Below, piece by piece: positions 49,164 to 60,823 of a DNA stretch of 64,000 nt. Every line of letters starts with the position of its first letter. Positions within the stretch are counted from its first letter, which is position 1. Where the stretch lies: contig JALMLS010000138.1 of assembly GCA_038496445.1 (NCBI GenBank), positions 186,001-250,000 of the forward strand. The letters run 5' to 3'. Under the pieces are notes generated by a model. The model had not been told where the DNA came from. It searched no databases and worked only from the letters and a program-made list of their open reading frames with translations. The stretch is from Trichosphaerium sp. ATCC 40318 (Eukaryota; Protista; Tubulinea). The position numbers and the translations under genes are program-made.

Positions 49164-52038
49164 TTAGAGATTCCATTCTGGAGTAGCCTATTCAGATATG
49201 GGTTAGCAAAACCTTAGAAGGACAGGGCTTAAAATAAAGTTGACAACACGTGCCACTCCTTGATTCAAATCTGTTAATGCCATTTCATCAATCTGATTCC
49301 ATTCTGTATTATCAAGTTGAATGTCATCATGTGTTTGTCCAGGGTTAAAGAAATCATCTCCACCACTGCTACCGCCATTATTATTTTGTACAATAGCTTG
49401 AGTATAATTATCTATACTCTCAACAATACTATCTGTTGAAGAAGGTTCCAGTGAATGTATACCCAAAGGACGTGTAATAAAATCTTCTTGTTGTTGATTG
49501 CTACTTTCATCATATTGTCTTTGTTGTTGAAATTGCTCTTGTAGACTAACAACACAAGCGTTATTAGTTTGTCGTTGTTGTTGATTGAAATTAACTACTA
49601 CTTCCTCGTCTTGAAATGGTCTCGCTGCTAGCGTTAAGTCATTCCTTATTGGAGTAGGTTGTAGTTGTTGTGGCAGCTGTTTGTCATCTAAAATGCCAAA
49701 TGCTTGTGCTTGTATCTTTGTTAACATTCGTATTACACTAGCCTTTCGAAAGGTTGAAGCACAGCTCTTTTGCTGATGTGGTGCAAAATCACGGTCAGGT
49801 GGTTCTTTTGGTGTGAATAATAGCTAAAGGTAACGTTAGAGTTATTCTTGAAAAAAAGCACGTGCCTTACAAACCTTCTTTGCAAGCCGCCATCTAAGTT
49901 AGAACAAAAAAAGTTACATTTGATGGTTGTTTAGATATCGCGATTACTCGGAGACTTACTGTTTTGATGCCTCTCTTAGTCTTTCCAAGACTACCACGAA
50001 CTCGTTAGGAGCATCAAGCTCAGAGAAAATCTGACAGAGAAATTAGAAGAGTAATTAAAGAATGAACCGAGTAAAAGGATATGACGCTTCTATTACACTA
50101 CATACCTCTAATAGCATTTTTATAAGGTGTACGCTTGTCAGTCGTATTTTGGAAAAAGTTTCTAACTTCTTAAAGCCGGAGAGAATCGTCTAAATCCAAC
50201 ACTGTTAACAGGATCCAACTTTTCCAAAAACAAACAGTAGAGCTCTTACAATATAGGCGTTACTTCGCTCTCCACAAGCCAGTTGGAATTTAGATCTTGT
50301 GTACATGAGCATCATACGTGTATGAAATCCTTTAATATCTTCAGAAAGGGCATCTGCTTGCATAAGCCTCAACTACAACAATATGAGTATACTTCGAAAT
50401 ACCGGTTTATAAAACTTTTCTATTATGTTTGTACCAAGCAGTTTGCCTTTTCACCTGGACTAAGTGGTTTACCTTTACTTGCAGCTTTGCGTATCTATGG
50501 AAGTCAGCAGTGCAATTCACAACAATTGTAATGTTTGTCATGTTGCTTAAACTAACAACCAACTAAACGAAAAAAAAAAGACGCAGCAAAAAAAGACAAA
50601 AGAGTAAGTACATCTGCGCTGACTTGTGACATCAAACATAATATTAGAGAAACTTTTTCATATCTTTTGAGCTTATGTAGTGCGCCTAAAATGAATTTAA
50701 AATCATGTGTTATTCTCTGACAACGTAACCAAATTCCTTTTTTTTTTTTTTGTTGAAATTACAGATTAATCTTTTGCCTTTACGTACCTTCACAAGATAC
50801 CATAAGCGAAACAGAAGTCTCCTGCATTCTTGTTATCCTAGATTTAGCAGACCCACCACCAAATTTTATTTCATGAAAATCAACCATTTTTAACACGTGA
50901 TTTTCTAGTTCTGTTCGTGACTCTATTTATTTTATCATTAGAAAAAACTAAACTTTATAATGTCGAACCTGGTGGTTTGATTTGTTTAAATTTTCTTGCT
51001 TGTTCACATGCTTGTCTTACGTATTGTACAGAAGGAGAAAGTTCTGTGTCGAAATATGTCATTACAGCAAGGAGAACATCACCCGCTGTGTTCGTTGTGA
51101 GTAGTCAAGATTAAAAGAGGTAATAAATATACGCACATGCTATTTTAAGATCAACGACATCATCAAGAAGTTTCCAGTGTTGCATGGCAAGCTGTTTCAG
51201 CTGGTTCTTCTGTTCGGTGTTTCCTGAAATAAAAGCTCCAAGTGCAGCAGCAGCATACGTTTGATATGATGTAGGACTCACTTCAAAAAAACAGTAAGTT
51301 CAATACCTTACTATAGAATTTCGTGCCTTTAGTGAGCGGTGCTCTTGTTGCATCAAGAGGTAACAGTACATCAGCAATGTGTGCAATATCGATATCATAT
51401 ACTGCATCGACATATGCATATACAACATTCGCATTCACCTAAAATAGAATCCCGTAAGCATTTTTGGCGTTTTTTCTAGTTTTTTTGAAAACAAGATTTC
51501 CTGCATTTGTTGTTTGTTAAATGGTAAATAAAAGACACAGATCAGTTATCAGTAGCTAAAGGTTATTTTAAAGCGATTTTGACTTTTGTTCCCAAAAAAC
51601 CTTTCTTAGACAAAGTTGTACAAAGAGCACCATACCATTTGCACGCCCACGTTTGAAGCAGATAACGTATGCGTCATGGCCTGATCTAAACTGTCGTTTT
51701 TATGTAATTCTGCGTTTTGTATTGTCTCCAATTGTTCTTGTTGTTTCTGTACGAGTGCCTCCAACTCTGCTATCCTATCTAGGTACTTTTGGCGATAGCC
51801 TGTAATTATCAGTACAAATTACGCGCGTTTGCGTACCTGGACGCGGTCCTCGCTTTTTTGGAGCAACGTAAATACATTCGCTGTTACTTTTCAAACACAC
51901 AGAGCAAGGTTGACCTATTTCGCTGTAAACTCGCTTGTTTAATAGGTATTTACCTCTATCACACTTATCATGTCGTTTACGGCACCTCAAACAAGCCTTC
52001 TTTGGTGTAAGCTTCCGTTTCTTCCGTGGCGGCTCCAT
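49164..52038 (-). CDS. Zn(II)2Cys6 binuclear cluster (Gal4-like) transcription factor
   Basis: PPRKKRK NLS; ACLRCRKRHDKCD..QPCSVCLKSNSECIY..KKRGPRPGYRQKYLDRIAELEAL; helical middle region; Q-rich and acidic C-terminus. Confidence 0.9.
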
Positions 52039-52350
52039 ACACGCCCCGTTACGAATTGTGACGTCAAGAAAAACAATTAAGGCACAAAACCAAAACAGCT
52101 GTTTTGTTCGGACACTTCACCCAGAAAGATCCAAAGGTCATTAGATAGCTAACCATCCCAAAGTAGAGTAGATCTCCTTCGAACCTTCTTTGGCGTGTTC
52201 TAGAAATGGCATGCCAAGTACTTCTCTGTTTTAAAATGATTCCGATTGAAATACGCTTTATTTACATTATATAACATTTATGAATAGAAGACAATATAGT
52301 TCTGGCCAACGGTGCTGTTGGTCCATTTTAGGTTTTTTTGTTTTCCCTTT

Positions 52351-53497
52351 TTATAAGAGCTTGTTTGCGTAGAATTTAGGGTCCTCGGTGCTTAGATATA
52401 AGCCGAGGATATAACAAACAAGTCCAAAAACTAAACAGAGAATAAGAAACTGCAAAATTTGTAATTTACATTTCTATTTTCTTTGGTACCTGCAATGATT
52501 GTATTCCATAATTCTACCTCGCTTCTCTCATACCATAAAATACCTGTATATGCCATGATAAACAATGTATTGATACGTACAAAGCCCAATGCGTATGGCT
52601 TGTACTCCTACAATTGAGTTAAAATAATATTTCGCTGTGCGGTACAGAATTTTTTTTCCTTCAAATAAATGTTGTCTTTTTCGTACTTTGAAAGGATACT
52701 CAACAATCGTAAGTAATGAAATACAAAGCGCAGATAATATGACACCACAGCAATACTCTAACGATCCTGCTATTGTGACCTCTGAGTAGTCATAGGCGGC
52801 AAACATTGTGCCAACACCCATTGTTGTAACAAACAATGCAATGAGAGGTAGAACTATACTCTAGTGAGCGTATGAACCAAATAAAACAATACAATATCGA
52901 TTTACACGTGAAAATCGTGAAATGTCACAAGTCATACAAAAACAGCAAGAAAGTCATTTTGTCGTTACCAAACTGCAATAACATGTACGTACACAGTATT
53001 CTATGCGCCCATTTATGCTTTAAGGCATCTCTAAAGTGGTATTACTTCGAGACCAAAATAAAATAGTGACAAAGTCTTTTTAACTCCCAATATGTCAAAA
53101 CCAGCCAATACGTACTTGGTCCTCATGAGCATGAACACGTTCACCAAGAACCATGGAGAAATAATGCCAAACATGTATCCGTATGCGTGAGCAGTGTCGT
53201 GGTGCTCATAGTGGTAGTGTGGGTCACCTGTTACATGTTAATAACGTGGGTACTTCTTATCAGTTAGATATTTAGATGAGATAGCTTACAAACGCGTTGT
53301 AGTACTGTAAAATGATTCAAAATGCTCACTTACCCCAATGATGGTTTACAACTCTTGAAATACCGCTTACTATATCTCCAATAGCTGGTGAGCGTTAATG
53401 TAACGTCTTACAGCTTCCCACGTCATAACAATTTAAAAAACGTACCTGCAGCAAATAAAACTAATGTAGCCACTTGAAGTACTGCAGCAGACCTCAT
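52351..53497 (-). CDS. Hypothetical multi-pass membrane protein with His-rich loop
   Basis: Spliced: MRSAAVLQVATLVLFAA..VNHHWG..DPHYHYEHHDTAHAYGYMFG, then several hydrophobic segments, ending FYANKLL*. Confidence 0.6.
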
Positions 53498-53573
53498 TGT
53501 TGTTGAACTTGTTCTACTGTGACTTAAAAAGACTTGCTTATGGTGTATTTTGGTTTATTTTGTGAATAACACA
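53498..53573. promoter_or_regulatory. Putative bidirectional promoter (76 bp between divergent start codons)
   Basis: Divergent ATGs at 53497 (-) and 53574 (+). Confidence 0.45.
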
Positions 53574-56500
53574 ATGGCGCACAACAGACAGTCACGAGGT
53601 GACCGTAAACCTGTTGGGGGGTCTTCACAAACAGGAGAGCAACAGAGCGGCTTCAGCAAGTTCTTTTCCAAAGTAAAGGCTGTGTTGAACCCAACTGTAG
53701 AGTACGACATTAAATTTTTGCATTTGTGGTTTTTGGTTTTATTCTGTTGCGTTAATTTTAGCAGAGTTGGCGATGGATACGACGATCGATACTATCAACC
53801 ACGCGAAAAGCTTCCTCCGTTTAACAGAGTTGCTTATTGGAAGCAAGAATCAGCTTGGACACTCGCAGACAAACGTAGCAAGTATGTAGTTTGCAAGAGA
53901 GCGGTTTATACGCGTTTTTACCTTTATCACCCGTTCAAGAACTAAAATAACGGGTAAGGTATGAAACTGTCGAGTTCCTGCCTCTAGATGACTTGCCATC
54001 ATGGGCGGACGTTGCCGAATTAAATAAAGAAAGTTTGGGTACGACAACAAATTCTGCTTTAATACTTTTTATCGCTGCATACGCTTTATGAGATTGCCTT
54101 GTAGCGTTTTTCAAATAATAGATGCTATTACAACTTTTTGCAAGAGAATATTTGTATTAAATCGTATTCTAGACCGTAAACAAGCGGAAAGAGATGTTGA
54201 GGTTGCTAAATACAAGACTAAAGAGTTAAAAATCAAAGATCTAACTAATGATCCACATCCGTCTTCTTTCTTTCCACCAAGCGAGGAGATAAACCAGAAA
54301 GTATGCATATGGCAAGGCGACAGTACGTTATAAACTGGAAAAGCAACTAGACAAAACAGGAAGACGAATGTCACATTCCCTTTAGCCTAAACAGCTTCAT
54401 TTGTCTTTTATTTTTTGTTCTCTACAAAAAGGTACAATGCTCTAATAACCTTTACTAGTAACACGACTTGAAATTGATGCCGTTGTCAACGCTGCTAATG
54501 CTGCACTCGCTGGAGGAGGTGGAGGTATGTACCACTGTCATAGGATCAATTTGTACTCTAAAAGAAGTCATTCTTTGAATTGAACCATTTCGATTCATAC
54601 TGTCTTCTGGAGGCCTTCCGAAAAGTTTACTGTATTTAATATCTATTATAGTGGACGGAGCTATCCACAAGGCTGCAAGGGGAACGCTTAGACGTGAAGA
54701 AAAATCCCTCAATGGATGTAAAACTGGATTTACTAAAATTTCGAAAGGTCATGGTTTGCCCGCCTACTGTACGTACTCTTTGATCACGTGACTGGCTATT
54801 TTTATCATTATTCCATGTTTATGCTGTTTGTGTAGTTATTTTGCACACTGTCGGTCCACGGATGGGCTTTATGGACCGCAAACTCCCTAAGCGGAAGCTT
54901 GTTAGTTGTTATGAGACGTCCTTAGAGTTAGCAAAGAAATATGGCATTCGCACTCTTGTACGTTTTTTTTCTTACACTATTTGCTATAACAGTATTCTCA
55001 CTGTTGATTGTAGGCTTTTTGTTGTATTTCAACGGGTGTGTATGGTTATGATAATAAATTTGCAGCACACCATGCTATGGAAGGAGGTACGTAGAGCATT
55101 GGTCTCAACATTCAGTGGAATGTTAATACAAGCTAACAACACAACAGTACGAAGATGGCTTGAGACAGATGACAATGGTGATTATATTGATCGTGTTATA
55201 TTCTGTGTATTTGCAGATAAGGACAAGGAGTATTATTATAAATTTATTCCAATGTATTATCCTCCTGTATATGCTGATAGATATGTTAAAATGCCACACC
55301 ATATTGACGATTGGTACGTTTGTTTTTTTTTTCTGTTATTTCTTCATCTCTTGCCGTTTATCAACGTGATAATGTTTTAACATAGTACATAGGTGGACTC
55401 GCGTTGAAAAGAATTTTGCAGAGTGCCCAAAAAATGCGGACGATTTAATGGCAAGTGAAGCACTTTGAATTTGTTGTGGTCTTATTATCAAATATGTGAT
55501 ACTTACTTTTTTTTTAGTCTGCTATTAAAGGACTACATCAAGGATCTAATCTGGACCTCAGTGGACTAGATAAGTTTTTCGAAGAGCACATGGATGACAA
55601 GCGCCGAACAGAATTTTTTGAAGAGCTTCTACCTAAAATATTTAAGCTTGCTAAGAGGTATGATTGATTCTTTGAGTAAAATCGCCACTGTCACTTGTGA
55701 TGTCATTCAGCACGTGGCTCAAATTGTTAACCTGTTGTATTAGTGTTTCTACGATATTTGGCGCTAACAATAAGATCCCTTATTGCTACCAAGGTGATAA
55801 GAGAAAAGTCACAATTGGTCAGAAACAAGTATGTCTAAATACAAATTCGTCAATTTAACTTAATACTCTTTTGTGTGTGCTAACTGTATTATTAATAGAT
55901 TGCTGTTTTGACTGCTTGTGCATTTTTTTGTTGGCTACCAAAACAAACGTGCGTTTCTTTTATTTGTTCTTCGCTGTGGTCTTGAGGAGTTGTTCTGTAT
56001 TTTTATTAACCAATGGAATAGGTTCCATGGTCAAAAGTTATGTGAGAGTAACTTTTTTGATCTTTATCGCTCAACAGATACACCAGTTGAAAAAATTCCA
56101 ACAGTATGTAGAAACATTTAACATCTTCTTCTCGTTTAATCTCCTTTTTGTAGTCTCACGATCGCTTCCCTTCTGTCCCATTTAGTGATGATTATCCATG
56201 GGAAGCTGATTCCGATAGTGATTCAGATGATGACGATGACGATGATGATGACGATGACGATGACGACGATTTTGAAGATGGTAAAAAGCGAAAGAAACCA
56301 AGCCACTCAGATGAAGGTGACGAGGTCACAGTATCAGAAAACTCCGATGATGCCAGTGGCGAAGAGAAAGATGAAAAGAAGGATGTTAAGAGCAAGAAAT
56401 CATCTTCCAAGAAAAAGTCTGAGAAAGCAGAAGCCAGCAGTGATGAAGGAACAGAAGAGGAAGGTGAAAAACCTAAAGATAAAAAAGAAGCTTCAGAAGA

Positions 56501-58561
56501 AGATTCTGATACTGAAGTTAAAAAGACTAAAGCCACTAAGGCTGATGATAAAGGAGAGGATAGTGGTGATAGTGCTGAAGTCGAGAAGAAGTCATCGTCA
56601 AAGAAAAAAGGAAAAGAAGAAATGAGCGACGAAGAAGATGAGAAACCAAAGGAAAAGAAACCTAAGGTAACAAACTTTTTTTTTCCTAAATGTATAAGTT
56701 GCTAACAGTACTACCCAAGAAAAAGAAGAACAAACCATTGGTGCCTGCATACACAGATATCCAAGCAGCAAAGGTAACAAGCTAATAGTTTTATTAATGT
56801 AACTGACAGAGAATTAGTTAAATTCTTTCATTAATTACTTGAAAGTATCCACAAAATCTAGTACGTCTCATCTTGATTAACTTGATTACGCCTATTACGT
56901 GGTATTTATACTGGAACCTAGAAGCGCCTAAAGGCAATGTTACCTTTGTTCGTAATTCAAACTATGGACCAAAGATAAATTGGAAACAGAATTCACGTGT
57001 TGTTGGTGAACGTTTAGATTCTGAAACACTTCAGTTCTCAGCAGAAGGTACTCTTTAATAGCTTGGTACATTTTTAGTGATTAAACCTGTTTAATAGACC
57101 AAAGCACATTCCATGATAGCTGGCTTCAATTATATGAAACACCTCGTGTCTTTGGGTCATCTGTATTTAACGTACGCTTTTCTGACAAAGTTGGAACATA
57201 ATAATTGATATTGTCTTCTCTTAGTGGGATAAGGACTACATTACAACCTCTGAATCTAAAATTCTTGAATACAACGAGTTGTGGATAGCAACTTTATTTT
57301 GCCCTGCATTAAAGTACGTTATGACAAGCTCATTGCTTTGTACTTTTTGTAGAAAGGTTAATTTGACTTTACCGATTTTTTTTAGTCGCAAAGAGTGGTT
57401 AATGGTATCAGGCATACAAAGATATAATACTATTTCTGATGGACCAAAGTTTAAAGTCAGTTCTGTTACTGATGACACTCCATCGTACGTTGTTTTTAGT
57501 CGGCTCTTTAGAGCACAACAAACAAAAAAGCACATTTAGAGTTACACCTTTTCTGTTCTGTTTTTGCCTTTGTTGAAGGCTATCTACTGATAAGTCTTGG
57601 ATTGACATTAATGATTTTATGTTAGTGATAAGAATATTCGTGATACCCACATGGTATTCCTTACTCCTTACACATGCTCAAGCAAGGAACAAAAATCCCA
57701 GCTTAATAGAAGTCATATTACTATTGATCTGTTTAAAATGCATCGTATCATCGATGCTGGATCTGCATCTGTTAATCTTGTCATTGGTGACTGGGGATGT
57801 TCTAAAGCATTTAAAGGTGATATCAAGATCAAATCGCTTATGTGGATTATTGCTGCTTTGAGTACAGCTGAAGCTGAAAAGAAGCCTAGAATAACCTTCT
57901 CTAAAGAAATGCCTTTTGAGGTTAGTCACCCCTTTTTTGCTTTTTTATGAAGAAACTGCGTGATTTACTCACTTTATTTCTATTTTAGCAAGAGGTTGTC
58001 AAGATGTTACATACATTAAAGACTCAAGAGGTTGAGATGGGCCACTTGTACCGTATTCTTGCAACAGGCATTCCGGTACTATTTTTTGAAGGCATTCTAT
58101 TGAAGCTAATGTTATTGTGTTCTAGCTCCCTGAACATGAAGCAATGAAAAAGAAGGGTACACTACCAGATGATGTACAATTTGGTGATGTATACGATCGT
58201 CTAATGATTCGATTTAAAAAATGGAAGAAAGAGCGTGATGCTTTAAGAAAACAACATGTGCGCTTAAATACTTAAGTCATTATTTTTTCTTCTCTTCTCT
58301 TTGTTCTTTTCGCTCACTGACTGGTAACAAATAGGAGAGAGACCAAAAAATTAGACAAAAAGAGAGGGAGTGGCGCCAGAAACAACTAGAGAAACAGCGT
58401 AGAAGGCAGAAGAAACTGATGGAAAAGGAAGTATGTGAATCTTTCCCTTCTTTTTTTTGCTTTTTTTTTTGCTGGTTTTTAGTACTTATTAAGTTTAATA
58501 GGGTTATGATTCGGGTAGAGGAGGACATAGTAGCAGATCAAAACCAAAGTCTCCACAATAA
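53574..58561 (+). CDS. MacroD-type ADP-ribosylhydrolase fused to a degenerate PARG domain with an acidic/basic insert and C-terminal coiled coil
   Basis: MacroD: [56 protein letters not shown]-like: [57 protein letters not shown]. Confidence 0.85.
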
Positions 58562-59156
58562 ATTACCCAAAAAAGATTTCCTTACACTTTTAGAATGTGT
58601 TCATTATTTCACTTCCGATACAAGCTGTTTCACGTCATGTACTCCCTACAGTTACTACTGGCGTTTAGCATGCTCTCAGACCTCACAATAAGTGTTATCT
58701 GTAAATATCCAGGTCAAACCCACCATGCTAGCCACGTAGAGTCAAACTGTGTCAGTTTCTTCCAAAACCTATTCAACAATTGCGTTGATAAATGCAGCCG
58801 CTTGTCTTAACACAGCGGACATTGTACCATAGAATGTAAAGAGGTATATGGTGCTGGTAGAACTAATTTTTACTCATTTAATCGATCTTTATATATTCTG
58901 GGTTTCAAACTACTGCAATCGATCATTTGTTTCTCATTTTGTTCATCACGTGAGCTTGTAGTTTTTTACCAAGCTAGAAGTACTTATTTTCTATATTATA
59001 CGTTACACGTTATTAGGCACGTATGAGTAGTGATAAACTAAAATGGGTAGCTCTTATAGATAATATATGTCACCTATCAATGACGTTCAGCAATTTACAA
59101 CTGTTTACGTCATTATTAAGTACAATTAACTTCAAACTAGGTACATAATATTGGTA

Positions 59157-60521
59157 CTACTGTGATAACAAATCAATCCTCATAGCGTTCATCTCTGGGG
59201 TTAACTTGAAATCACGTGAGAAGAAACCGAGAAATGTAAATAAAATCAAAACTTCAAACAATATGTACGTTAGGATTACATCTTAGCTGAGTTGATCCAG
59301 GGTACGCAATAGGCGTTGTTGGATATGGAAAGTCATTTGGGGCCATAAAATATGGCGCTTGCTCACCTAATTCATGTAGCGTTAGTCTATCAATACTTGG
59401 AACGGAGCAGCGTAAATATAAAGTTGTATTGTTGATATCTTAAGCGTTTAAGTACCTGAGACTCTATCAATGGTGATTGCTTCTCTAGGATCTTCAGAAT
59501 TGGTAGCAAGTAACCTATCATCGTCAAGTACAGTAAGACCGTGTACACCTGGAATTGATTCACCCAGTTGTGGAAGAGATGTTAATGTTATTTGATTCGG
59601 TATTACTGCAAACATAAGAGCTATATCTACTATCAAGATAGATGTACTAATACCACGATCAAAAGAGTTCGCCAAGTACATAATATCGCTACCACCACTT
59701 GTCACTAGTATTGTGAAAAACTCAAACAAGACATTGAAACAAGTTGTGAAAGAATAAAAAACATTGAGGCTGAGACACTTAGTCACGTACTTCCGTATAT
59801 TCTTTTCCCTGTAGCCGAAAGGGTTATAGCTATTACTTCTCTAGGAGATATACAATCATTGGTATTTGTGATATCAACGGTGTAACGGTCAATTGCCTCA
59901 GAAAAAGGACGGATTGCTACAAAACGAGTTTTGTCAATAAACTGGCCAAAGTGAATGTCTCTTGCTATAGACCCAGAACAAATCTCGGTATTATCAGGTG
60001 CTCTTACTGATACCCTCGCATTAGAATCTTCACTGAGTATAACGACAATCATCTCTCCGTCCAACGAAGGTACTAAATTGTATTAACTGAATTAAACCTT
60101 CCTTCATGAGATACACTCATAAACTAGAAAATAAGGCCGTACTGACTGCTACAACTCTTTCGGTGGTGCCTGGTGTAAGTGGGTAATCAGGTGTTAAACC
60201 AGTATTAGTGAGACCTACAACCAAGAGATTAGTTTGAAAGTGAGCATCGTTTGGGAGAGGAGTACCATTGAAGATTAAGTCTGTTGAGAATACCTCAACA
60301 ACATTGTTTGAGGCTGTACATTTCGTGTTCCTTTCCATCCATCTTGTCCAGAGTGGCGAAAAACGTTTACATGTAACCTCATTCAAACAAACTTTAAAAA
60401 CAATGAATGGGATGCCAAACGTACTGAGAGCATTACATAATCTAATTTTCGTTCCTTCGAGTTTGCACTAAATATTAAGTCCGTTATGTATTGGATGACT
60501 TCTATACTTTTAACGTACCAT
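59157..60521 (-). CDS. Hypothetical beta-rich (propeller-like) protein; both ends uncertain
   Basis: ORFs 60117-60386, 59783-60064 and 59448-59786 are linked by plausible GT-AG introns. Segments such as GVHGLTVLDDDRLLATNS look like propeller blades. Confidence 0.5.
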
Positions 60522-60823
60522 GTGCTATTACTTACCCTACATTTACTCTCAGTAGATTTTTATGGCTTTGACCATTCAACGCTCCGACAAACTGTACATG
60601 AAAAGTGGTTGGTGGAAACCTAATAGTGATATCTTCATGTTGGCTTAACGGGTTCCTTAACAGCATTAATAAAAGGCCGTCCGTTTGCTTATTTTCGCAA
60701 CTTGAGGTATGCACACGTGTTTTGAATATTGAAAAAACTGAACTAACTTGGTTACAGGGTTAGTCGGAGCAAAGTCGTAGTTAAAACATAAATATTAAGA
60801 TCAACAGCCAATATACGCAATTT

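Noticed and set aside
56185-56625. Met/Thr-rich ORF
   Set aside because: Wrong frame of the poly-Asp exon.
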